Position numbers and translations under genes: made by a program. Under the pieces are notes generated by a model. It was not told where the DNA came from. It saw only the letters and a program-made list of their open reading frames with translations, and made no database searches. A stretch of DNA of 64,000 bases from Clostridia bacterium (GTDB lineage: Bacteria > Bacillota > Clostridia > UMGS1883): contig JAFUOO010000022.1 in NCBI GenBank assembly GCA_017472685.1, positions 77,483 through 141,482 of the forward strand, given 5' to 3'. Shown one piece after another: positions 9,693 through 18,046 of this stretch (positions are counted from its first letter, which is position 1; every line of letters begins with the position of its first letter).

Positions 9693-10117
9693 CTCAAATC
9701 CCCCAATCTTACGTTTTCGCCAAGTGAACGGATTTTGTCAACAAATTCGTTCATTGTTGTGGAGAACTTAACGCCTTCTGCAGCAGATACCCATTCAACA
9801 CGTGTTCTGCCGTTCTCAATGCCTAAGTATTCAAGCATGGAGAAGAGGAGTGTCATTCTTCTTCTTGCGTAGTAGTTACCTGTGGAATAGTGACAGTCAC
9901 CGGGGTGGCAACCACACATGATTACGCCGTCAGCGCCCTTTTCAAATGCACGGAGAATAAACATGGGGTTTACTCGGCAGGAGCAGGGAACACGGATAAT
10001 CTTAACGTCGGCGGGGTACTGAAGACGGCTGCTGCCTGCAAGGTCAGCGCCTGCATAACTACACCAGTTACAGCAAAATGCCACTATTTTAGGCTTAAAT
10101 TCATTGTTCATCGACAT
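9680..10117 (-). CDS. mvhD: MvhD / FlxD-like methyl-viologen-reducing hydrogenase delta-subunit homolog
   Basis: 145 aa. FCCNWCSY...CSCRV...CGCHPGDCHY is the MvhD signature. It overlaps the hdrA stop. Confidence 0.8.
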   Translation of the reverse strand: MSMNNEFKPKIVAFCCNWCSYAGADLAGSSRLQYPADVKIIRVPCSCRVNPMFILRAFEKGADGVIMCGCHPGDCHYSTGNYYARRRMTLLFSMLEYLGIENGRTRVEWVSAAEGVKFSTTMNEFVDKIRSLGENVRLGDLRCKD

Positions 10118-12126
10118 ATTGCATCCACCTCCGCTATAATCTGTCTGTTACTAAAGCCCTGAAGGTCCATAGCACCGGAGGGACAAGCAACCGTACAAGC
10201 ACCGCAGCCCTGGCAGAGAGCGTTGTTAACACGAGCAACGCGTCTGTCTTCGCGGATACCGTGGTCGTTAACCTGTACAACCTCGTAGCTGATAGCACCG
10301 TAGGGACATACATTTGCACAAACGGAGCAACCGTTACAAAGAAGCTCGTCGCTCTTTGCTGTGCAGGGGTTGGTCAAAAGCTTATCCTTTGCAAGAAGAC
10401 CGATTGCCTTAACCGCTGCCGCACCTGCCTGTGCAACTGTTTCGGGAATATCCTTGGGTCCCTGACATACGCCGGAGAGGAAAATACCTGCTGTGGGCGA
10501 TTCAACGGGACGAAGCTTTGCGTGAGATTCTGTAAGGAAGTTGTTTGTGTCAATGCTTGCTGTGAGCATTGTTGCAATACCTCTTACACTTGCTTCGGGC
10601 TCAATAGCTGTTGCAAGAACAACCATGTCTGCCTTCATTTTAATCTGCTTGTTGTCAAGAAGGTCACTTGCCTGTACAAGAAGTGAGCCATCGGGCTGGG
10701 GAGCAACCTTACCAACCTGACCCTTGATGTAGTTTACGCCGTATTCTTCAACAGCTCTGCGGTAGAACTCATCAAAGTTCTTACCGGGAGTACGAACGTC
10801 GATATAGAATACAGTAACCTTAACATCCGGATACTTGTCACGGATGAGCATTGCGTGCTTAGCTGTGTACATACAGCAAATCTTTGAGCAGTAGCTCTTG
10901 CCGCGGTTGTCATTACAACGACTTCCTACGCACTGTACAAATACAATGTGCTCGGGGTGCTTGCCGTCACTAAGACGCTCAAGGTGACCCTTTGTAGGAC
11001 CTGCCGCGTTCATAACTCTTTCCAATTCCAAAGATGTGATAACATCCTTGGACTGGTTATAAGCGTATTCGTCGTAGTTATCAAGCTTTATTGTGTCAAA
11101 GCCTGTTGCAACAACGATTGCGCCGTACTTTTCTGTTACGATTTCGTCTACCTGGTCGTAATTGATAGCGCCTGCCTGACAAACCTTTTCACAAAGACCG
11201 CACTTGCCTGTCTTGAACTTGATGCAGGCATCACGGTCAATTACGGGAACATTGGGAATAGCCTGAGCAAAGGGAGTGTAGATAGCACTGCGATTGTTAA
11301 GACCACGGTTGAATTCGCTCGGTGTCTTCTTGGAAGGACACTTTTCCTGACAAACACCGCAGCCTGTACATTTGTCCATATCTACGCTTCTTGCTTTCTT
11401 TCTTATATCTACTGTGAAATCACCAACGAAGCCTGTTACCTTGTCAACCTCGCTGTATGTGTAGATGTTAATCTTTTCGTGAGCTGCAGCCTCAACCATT
11501 TTAGGTGTGAGGATACAAGCGGAACAGTCAAGTGTGGGGAAGGTCTTATCAAGCTGGCTCATTCTGCCGCCGATGGAAGGAGTCTTCTCAACAATGTCAA
11601 CCTCGTAGCCTGCATCTGCAATGTCGAGAGCTGTCTGGATACCTGCAATACCGCCACCGATAACAAGTGCACGCTTTGTAACGCGGCTTTCACCGGGGAA
11701 CAAGGGCGCATTGAGGTTAACCTTTGCAATAGCTGCTCTGGCAAGAATAACTGCCTTTTCGGTAGCTTCTTCCATATCCTTATGAATCCAGGAGCAGTGC
11801 TCACGGATGTTTGCAATTTCAACCATGTAGGGGTTAAGACCTGCTCTTTCAGCAGCCTTACGGAATGTACCCTCGTGCATTCTGGGAGAACAGGAGCAAA
11901 CTACGATACCGGAAAGATTCTTTTCCTTAACAGCATCCAATATTTTTGCCTGACCTGCCTCGGAGCACATGTACTGATAATCCTCGCAATGTACAACACT
12001 GGGCTCCTGTGATATAATTTCTACAACCTTTTTAACGTCAACTGTGGCTGCAATGTTACTGCCGCAGTGACATACAAATACACCAATTCTCTGCATTTTG
12101 TCACCTCCTGTAACGTCTGAACGCAC
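10108..12126 (-). CDS. hdrA: heterodisulfide reductase subunit A-like (HdrA; FAD, multiple 4Fe-4S)
   Basis: 672 aa. N-terminal VFVCHCGSNI, FAD fold VIGGGIAGIQTA, and several CxxCxxCxxxCP ferredoxin motifs. Confidence 0.85.
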   Translation of the reverse strand: MRSDVTGGDKMQRIGVFVCHCGSNIAATVDVKKVVEIISQEPSVVHCEDYQYMCSEAGQAKILDAVKEKNLSGIVVCSCSPRMHEGTFRKAAERAGLNPYMVEIANIREHCSWIHKDMEEATEKAVILARAAIAKVNLNAPLFPGESRVTKRALVIGGGIAGIQTALDIADAGYEVDIVEKTPSIGGRMSQLDKTFPTLDCSACILTPKMVEAAAHEKINIYTYSEVDKVTGFVGDFTVDIRKKARSVDMDKCTGCGVCQEKCPSKKTPSEFNRGLNNRSAIYTPFAQAIPNVPVIDRDACIKFKTGKCGLCEKVCQAGAINYDQVDEIVTEKYGAIVVATGFDTIKLDNYDEYAYNQSKDVITSLELERVMNAAGPTKGHLERLSDGKHPEHIVFVQCVGSRCNDNRGKSYCSKICCMYTAKHAMLIRDKYPDVKVTVFYIDVRTPGKNFDEFYRRAVEEYGVNYIKGQVGKVAPQPDGSLLVQASDLLDNKQIKMKADMVVLATAIEPEASVRGIATMLTASIDTNNFLTESHAKLRPVESPTAGIFLSGVCQGPKDIPETVAQAGAAAVKAIGLLAKDKLLTNPCTAKSDELLCNGCSVCANVCPYGAISYEVVQVNDHGIREDRRVARVNNALCQGCGACTVACPSGAMDLQGFSNRQIIAEVDAICR

Positions 12127-12490
12127 TTACCAGAAGCTGCTGAGGAAGCTCCTCGTCCAAAAGTTCGGGAATTTCGTCAGCCTTAAGGTAATCTGCGCCT
12201 TTTTCGCGGACAACAAGCTGTCTTGCCGCATCAATGAGCTTGCCGGGCTGTACACTTCTGGGACAACGCTCAATACAAGCAAAGCAGGAAAGACACTTCC
12301 AGAGAGACTTGGAAGAAGCTAAAGCTTCAATGTCGTCGTTTACTACATAAGAAACAAACTGATGAGGCTTAATGTCCATTTCATCAAAAGCGGGGCAGGT
12401 TGCAGAGCACTTACCGCACTTCATACATTTAAGAGGATTAACGCCGCTGATTTCTTTTATCTTGTCAGCTTTATTTGCACCATGACTCAT
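12101..12490 (-). CDS. hdrC: heterodisulfide reductase subunit C-like (two 4Fe-4S)
   Basis: 129 aa with CMKCGKCSATCP and CLSCFACIERCP motifs. Confidence 0.75.
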   Translation of the reverse strand: MSHGANKADKIKEISGVNPLKCMKCGKCSATCPAFDEMDIKPHQFVSYVVNDDIEALASSKSLWKCLSCFACIERCPRSVQPGKLIDAARQLVVREKGADYLKADEIPELLDEELPQQLLVSAFRRYRR

Positions 12491-13284
12491 TCTGCATCCT
12501 CCTTAACGCCCAAAGCTTCAGCAAGAAGCTCTGTGAAATAATATACGGGAACATCGCCTACTGTGTTCTTGTTTAAGTTATACATACAAAGAGGGCATGC
12601 AGTAATAAGCATTTCAGCACCGAAGCCCTTTGCGCTTTCTACAATTGTGTCACACATGGATTTAGCCATGTCCTTTTCTTTCAAGGAAATGTAACCGCCG
12701 CAGCATTCGTTGCGGTAGGGGTATACGACAGGTGTTGCACCAATTGCCTTGATAAAGTCTTCTATAATAGTGGGGTTTTCGGGATTGTCAAAAGCAAGGA
12801 TTTCGCCCGGGCGGAGAAGAAGGCAACCGTAGTATGCACCAATCTTCTTGCCTGTTAAGGGGTTTGTAACCATTTTCTTAAGGTTATCAAAGCCAACACG
12901 GTCGCGGAGAACTTCCAAAAAGTGAAGAACGTTTGTTTCACCCTTGTAAGGCTCCGGGAGCTTCATGTAGTTGTTGGCACGACTCTGAATGTCGGGTACA
13001 TTTTTCATGTCGTCGTTGACACGCTTTATAACGTGATGACACGCAGAACAGAGAGTAACCAGATCCTGACCCTTTTCCTTTGCTTCATTGAGAACACGAA
13101 CGGAAGAAAGCTTTGTTGCTATTTCATCACTGCCAAGGGGATACACGCCGCCGCAGCACTGCCACTGGGTAACTTCTTCAAGCTCGAAGCCGAGAGCTTT
13201 GGCAGATGCCTTTGCGTATGCATCAAGGTCCTTAGCCTTAGTTCTCAAAGTACAACCGGGATAATATGTGTACTTCATAGTCAA
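12487..13284 (-). CDS. hdrB: heterodisulfide reductase subunit B-like (two CCG domains)
   Basis: 265 aa with YPGC...CCGG...C and a second ...CCGG... cysteine-rich CCG motif. Confidence 0.8.
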   Translation of the reverse strand: MTMKYTYYPGCTLRTKAKDLDAYAKASAKALGFELEEVTQWQCCGGVYPLGSDEIATKLSSVRVLNEAKEKGQDLVTLCSACHHVIKRVNDDMKNVPDIQSRANNYMKLPEPYKGETNVLHFLEVLRDRVGFDNLKKMVTNPLTGKKIGAYYGCLLLRPGEILAFDNPENPTIIEDFIKAIGATPVVYPYRNECCGGYISLKEKDMAKSMCDTIVESAKGFGAEMLITACPLCMYNLNKNTVGDVPVYYFTELLAEALGVKEDAE

Positions 13285-13323
13285 TCGTCCTTTCGTAATA
13301 ATGATATATTGAGCAATTCTATT

Positions 13324-14289
13324 TTATTCAGCCTCGGGCATGGACATATCGATCTGAGCGATAATATCCTTAAGCACCTGAGCAGATGCCTTAAGCTTGT
13401 CAATTTCACTGTTCTTAAGGTCCATGGGAATCTTGCCCTGGATACCGTTGGGACCAACAAGTGTAAGTGTGGAAAGACATACATCGTCAATGCCGTATTC
13501 GCCATGCATCATGGAGGATACTGTAGCAACGGAGTCACTTGCTGCTGTTACGATAGAACAAATCTGGCAAACAGAAGCAGATACTGCGTAGAAGGTAGCA
13601 CCCTTAGAAGCAATGATTTCGCCGCCGGACTTCTGAACGTATGTGAGCATAGCTTCCTTGTTGAGGGGAGTGAGCTTCTTGCCCATGCGTTCTGCACATT
13701 CGTAGTAGTCTTCCAATGCTACGCCTGCAACGTCAGCACAGGACCAGGGAACGAAGGAAGAGTCACCGTGTTCGCCGTATACATAAGCATGAATGTTTTT
13801 CTGAGCAACCTGAAGCTGTTCGGACAAGCCCTGCTTGAGACGTGCTGTGTCAAGGATTGTACCGGAGCCGATGATCTGGTTTTCGGGAAGACCGGAAATC
13901 TTTGTGAACACATATGTCATAATGTCAACGGGGTTAGAAACGATGATGTAAAGAGCCTTGGGAGCATACTTTACAATTTCGGGAGTGATACTCTTTAAGA
14001 TGTTAACGTTTGTCTGTGTGAGCTCGAGACGTGTCTGACCGGGCTTACGAGCAAGACCGGATGTGATGATAACGATGTCGGAATCAACAGCGTCTTCATA
14101 TTCGCCTGCTGTAACCTTAATGGGGTTACGGAAGCAAGTACCCTGGATAATGTCCATTACTTCGCCCTTTGCCTTTGTCTTGTTGATATCAATCATCACG
14201 ATTTCGGATGCGATATCACCCTGACTGAGTGTGTAAGCGATTGTGGAACCTACGCTACCTGCGCCAATGATAGTGATTTTGCTGCTCAT
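13324..14289 (-). CDS. mdh: LDH-like malate dehydrogenase (L-lactate/malate dehydrogenase family; Arg at the substrate-specificity position)
   Basis: IIGAGSVGS Rossmann fold and catalytic GEHGDS. The specificity segment reads GLARKPGQTR, which has Arg where lactate dehydrogenases have Gln. It is the first gene of the hdr/flx/frd cluster. Confidence 0.7.
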   Translation of the reverse strand: MSSKITIIGAGSVGSTIAYTLSQGDIASEIVMIDINKTKAKGEVMDIIQGTCFRNPIKVTAGEYEDAVDSDIVIITSGLARKPGQTRLELTQTNVNILKSITPEIVKYAPKALYIIVSNPVDIMTYVFTKISGLPENQIIGSGTILDTARLKQGLSEQLQVAQKNIHAYVYGEHGDSSFVPWSCADVAGVALEDYYECAERMGKKLTPLNKEAMLTYVQKSGGEIIASKGATFYAVSASVCQICSIVTAASDSVATVSSMMHGEYGIDDVCLSTLTLVGPNGIQGKIPMDLKNSEIDKLKASAQVLKDIIAQIDMSMPEAE

Positions 14290-14603
14290 AGTAAAATCTC
14301 CTTTTTATAAAAATATTTTTTAAACTTAAACACGGTTTACACCACATCATATTGTACCATAATATATAAGTTGGGACAAGTGTTTTTTGCAAAAAAAATC
14401 GCTGAAAAAGCAGTAAAATATAAAAAAATATGTATAAAATGCCGTAAATACTGGATTTAAGAGTGATATGTGGATAATAACAGAATTTTTAACAAGATTT
14501 TGGTAATCTTTTTGTAGTTTTTCACATTGAATTTGAAACGGGAAAATGTTATACTTAAAATGTATTTCCAAAAAATTGTTTTTGAAGGAAAAGGAGAGTT
14601 ATC

Positions 14604-16016
14604 ATGGGCGGTTTTTTTGGTGTTGCAAGTAAAGAGGACTGCGTGTTTGACTTGTTCTTTGGTGTGGATTATCACAGCCATTTAGGCTCACGCCGTGGCG
14701 GTATGGCAGTCTACGATAAAGAAACAGGCTTTTCGAGGTCCATTCACAAAATAGACAATGCACCCTTCAGGACAAAATTTGAAAACGAAGCCAATACAAT
14801 GCACGGTAACTTAGGCGTTGCAAGTATTTCGGACTATGAGCCTCAGCCTATACTTGTGAGAAGCAATAACGGTACGTTTGCTATCACAACAGTAGGCAGG
14901 GTAAACAATATTGACCAAATCGTTGAAAAAATGCTCCAGAAGCATACTCACTTTTATGAAATGCAGTCTGGCGGCATCAACCAGACTGAGCTTATTGCTG
15001 CGCTTATCAACCAGAAGGATAATCTCATTGAGGGTATTCAGTATGCCCAGGAGGTTGTGGAGGGCTCAATAAGCATTCTGCTTTTAACACCCCTCGGTAT
15101 TTATGCAGCGCGTGATAAAATGGGCAGAACACCTGTTGTAATTGGCAAAAAGGACAACGCATTCTGCGTATGTATGGAATGCTATGCGCATAACAAGCTT
15201 GGCTATCATGACTATAAGGAGCTTGGTCCCGGCGAAATTGTTGTTATAGAGCCCGACAAGGTTACAACCTTGGTTGACCCCGGAAAAGAAATGAAAATGT
15301 GTACCTTCTTCTGGGTTTACTACGGCTATCCCTCCTCGGCTTATGAAGGCATGAGCGTAGAGCAGATGCGTTACAACTGCGGCAAGTGCCTTGCCCAGCG
15401 CGACGGCAACAACATAGATGTTGACATTGTAGCAGGTGTGCCCGACAGTGGCTTAGCAACAGCAATCGGCTATTCCAACGAATCTGTAAAGCCCTTTGCT
15501 CGTCCCTTTATAAAATATACTCCTGCATGGTCACGTTCCTTTACACCTACAATACAGGCAAAGCGCAAGCAGATTGCAAAAATGAAGCTTATTCCCATCA
15601 GAACACTTATTGAGGACAAAAAGCTATTAATGGTGGATGACTCAATCGTACGCGGTACACAGCTTGGCGAAACCACCGACTTTCTGTATGAATGCGGCGC
15701 AAAGGAAGTTCACATAAGAACAGCATCACCTCCGGTAATGTACGGCTGTAAGTATCTTAACTTCTCAACCTCGTCCTCCGAAATGGAGCTTATTACAAGA
15801 CGTGTTATAACCGAGCTTGAGGGCAAAGAGCCTGACCACAATACAATATATGAATATTCAATACCCGGCACGGAAAAGTACAACAAAATGGTTGAAACAA
15901 TCCGTCAAAAGCTTAATTTCACAACCTTGGAATATTTAAGACTTGACGATATGCTTAAGTCAACGGGTGTTGACGAAAGCAAGCTTTGTACTTACTGCTG
16001 GAACGGTAAAGAATAA
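14604..16016 (+). CDS. amidophosphoribosyltransferase (PurF)-like protein lacking the N-terminal nucleophile Cys
   Basis: 470 aa with the PRPP-binding motif LMVDDSIVRGTQ and a C-terminal CTYCWNGK Fe-S-type motif. The N-terminus is MGGFFGV rather than MCG... An AAGGAG ribosome-binding site lies 8 nt upstream. Confidence 0.7.
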   Translation: MGGFFGVASKEDCVFDLFFGVDYHSHLGSRRGGMAVYDKETGFSRSIHKIDNAPFRTKFENEANTMHGNLGVASISDYEPQPILVRSNNGTFAITTVGRVNNIDQIVEKMLQKHTHFYEMQSGGINQTELIAALINQKDNLIEGIQYAQEVVEGSISILLLTPLGIYAARDKMGRTPVVIGKKDNAFCVCMECYAHNKLGYHDYKELGPGEIVVIEPDKVTTLVDPGKEMKMCTFFWVYYGYPSSAYEGMSVEQMRYNCGKCLAQRDGNNIDVDIVAGVPDSGLATAIGYSNESVKPFARPFIKYTPAWSRSFTPTIQAKRKQIAKMKLIPIRTLIEDKKLLMVDDSIVRGTQLGETTDFLYECGAKEVHIRTASPPVMYGCKYLNFSTSSSEMELITRRVITELEGKEPDHNTIYEYSIPGTEKYNKMVETIRQKLNFTTLEYLRLDDMLKSTGVDESKLCTYCWNGKE

Positions 16017-16021
16017 AAAAT

Positions 16022-16054
16022 AACAGGTTGGATATCCAACCTGTTATTTTTTAT
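16022..16054 (+). terminator. rho-independent terminator
   Basis: aacaggttggatatccaacctgtt followed by attttttatt. Confidence 0.8.
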
Positions 16055-16342
16055 TCAGCGATATAAATTCCTTGCGGAATTTGCGATATTCCCCTTTGGG
16101 GAGCGATATGTTGCAAGCAACGTGATATGTCCTGCGGGACGTTGGGAATTTATATTATATCGAGTTTGTAGGGACCGGCGTCCTCGACGGTCCGAAAAAA
16201 CATATCGAATTTACGAAGTAAATATATCGAGCAAACGAAGTCTGCATATCGACAAACAAGCTGTCTTTTTATATAAAAAGCTTGAAATTCGGGGTTTTGT
16301 GTGCTATAATGGCAAGGATTTGGAAAAAGAAAGGTGAATAAA

Positions 16343-17005
16343 ATGACATTTTTGGAAAAGTTTGAAGAGCTTAAGTCAATCTGCAACGGTGCAGATATTA
16401 AGTTCGACCGTGACTTTGCGGTACAGATCAACATGACAGACGAAAACTGTGGCGGTACTTACTACATTGAACACCGCGCAGGCGTGTTGAACGTTGAGCC
16501 CTATGACTATCATGACAACAATGCTGTTATGACAGCTACTTCCGATATTCTTGAAAAAATGCTTACAGGTAAAATCGATTCCGTTGCGGCATTTTTTGAA
16601 GGCAAGTTCACAATTGACGGCGATGTTGAGGCAGTTCTGCAGCTTACAAAAATTTCAGATGCAGTAAAGGCAATGAGAAAAGCTGAAGAAAAGGCAAAGA
16701 AAGAAGCTGAAAAGGCAGCAAAAGAAGCTAAGAAGGCTGAAGAAAAAGCAAAGAAGGAAGCTGAAAAGAAAGCTAAAGCAGAGGCTGAAAAGAAAGCAAA
16801 GGCTGAAGCTGAGAAGAAGGCTAAAGCAGAAGCTAAAGCTGAGGCTGAGAAAAAGGCAGCTGAAGAAGCTAAAAAGGCTGAAGCAAAGAAGGCTCCCGTA
16901 AAAAAGACTGCCGCAAAGAAAACCGCTGAAAAGGCAGAAAAGAAGCCCGCTGCAAAGAAGAGTGCAGCAAAGAAAGCCGACAAGCAGATGAAGCTTGACA
17001 TATAA
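16343..17005 (+). CDS. SCP2 sterol-carrier-like domain fused to an Ala/Lys/Glu-rich repeat tail
   Basis: The N-terminal approx. 110 aa (GKFTIDGDVEAV...) resemble SCP2. The C-terminal approx. 105 aa consist of AEKKAKAEAEKK repeats. An ATG with ribosome-binding site AAAGGTG is preferred over the upstream GTG. Confidence 0.65.
   Translation: MTFLEKFEELKSICNGADIKFDRDFAVQINMTDENCGGTYYIEHRAGVLNVEPYDYHDNNAVMTATSDILEKMLTGKIDSVAAFFEGKFTIDGDVEAVLQLTKISDAVKAMRKAEEKAKKEAEKAAKEAKKAEEKAKKEAEKKAKAEAEKKAKAEAEKKAKAEAKAEAEKKAAEEAKKAEAKKAPVKKTAAKKTAEKAEKKPAAKKSAAKKADKQMKLDI
16675..16870 (+). repeat. in-frame tandem approx. 24-nt DNA repeats encoding the (AEAEKKAK)n tail
   Basis: gctgaaaagaaagctaaagcagag units are repeated at least 4 times. 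Confidence 0.7.
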
Positions 17006-17046
17006 TGTAATGCAGAATGCAGAGTGCAGAATGCAGAATTAAGGAA

Positions 17047-17076
17047 AAGACAGGCTCGAGAGCCTGTCTTTTTTGA
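17047..17076. terminator. bidirectional terminator
   Basis: aagacaggctcgagagcctgtctt followed by tttttt. It lies between convergent genes. Confidence 0.8.
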
Positions 17077-17078
17077 TG

Positions 17079-18035
17079 TTATTCTGTTTTGTTTGTGAAG
17101 TGAAGTATAATGTGCGTTAAAACGTATGATGCAATAATTACAGCTATATCAACAGGGGCGAGGATGATGTGGGGAATACCATCAAAGAAAAATCCTTGAC
17201 CGAAGCGGTATAAATGCCCTGACAAAAGAAACATTTCACCTATATACATTACCAGGGTTATAATTGACGAAACGATTGACGGAATAATAACTGAAAAGAT
17301 TGTTTTCCTGCCGATAAGAAACGAGCCCGTGTAAATGCCCATGGTAATACCAAAAACAATAAAAAACAGTATCATCAGAAATGCAGATAATGGCGAAACA
17401 ACAATATCACCTGTTCGGAAAAAGGCGGTAAAGCACGCAAAGATACAAAGAGCAAGGAAGAAAACTGCCGAAACTGACTGGAGGATAAGAGGCTTTAAGC
17501 GGCGATGGTCTTTGTGTTTTATCATTTGATAAAAGCCGTAGAAGCAGTTTAAGAATGCTAATATAAGCACGATTGAGATTATGTAAAAATGTATTTTGAA
17601 GGTGGGGGAATAGTCCCCTATGAAAAAGTCGACGACACGTTGTGTTTCGGTGGTTGTCTGTGTTTCAGATATATAGGGCGAAATGCACATAAATGATTGC
17701 CAGCCTTCGATTGTTGTTGTAACAACTGTTTCGGTTACTGTTGCAACGAGCATATTCTCAAAAATAAGTTCTGCCACAAAGAAAATAGCCGAAGAAAAGG
17801 CAGAAGAAAACAAAAGCGCGTATTTTTTAAAAATGTGAATAATTAAAGGCATAAGAAGCACGCCGACAATTATTGCTATACTTATGGGAGTATAAGGAAT
17901 AACATATTTAGGGTAATTTTGCTGCAGCACATAGCCGTCACGTATTATGTCACAAATTACCTGCGTACCCATCTTCAACGGATAAAAGGATGCTAAAAGA
18001 ACACCTATAACAGACAAAAAATAATACTTTTTCAT
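17079..18035 (-). CDS. polytopic membrane protein, function unknown
   Basis: 318 aa and highly hydrophobic, with multiple predicted transmembrane segments. Confidence 0.45.
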   Translation of the reverse strand: MKKYYFLSVIGVLLASFYPLKMGTQVICDIIRDGYVLQQNYPKYVIPYTPISIAIIVGVLLMPLIIHIFKKYALLFSSAFSSAIFFVAELIFENMLVATVTETVVTTTIEGWQSFMCISPYISETQTTTETQRVVDFFIGDYSPTFKIHFYIISIVLILAFLNCFYGFYQMIKHKDHRRLKPLILQSVSAVFFLALCIFACFTAFFRTGDIVVSPLSAFLMILFFIVFGITMGIYTGSFLIGRKTIFSVIIPSIVSSIITLVMYIGEMFLLSGHLYRFGQGFFFDGIPHIILAPVDIAVIIASYVLTHIILHFTNKTE

Positions 18036-18046
18036 TTGTAAACCTC

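Noticed and set aside
10948-12012. 354-aa plus-strand ORF opposite hdrA
   Set aside because: It is entirely antisense to hdrA, whose motifs are unambiguous, with no start context. Its low-complexity Cys/Asn content is what the reverse frame of an Fe-S gene produces.
12922-13998. 358-aa plus-strand ORF spanning hdrB and mdh
   Set aside because: It crosses an intergenic gap and two well-supported minus-strand genes. It is a shadow ORF.
16510-17001. 163-aa minus-strand ORF (poly-Ala/Phe/Ser)
   Set aside because: It is the reverse complement of the AEK repeat tract, so it is low complexity by construction.
17015-17045. tgcagaa/tgcagag short tandem repeats after the SCP2 gene
   Set aside because: Only four 7-nt units lie in the 3' UTR next to a terminator. 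No indication of function.
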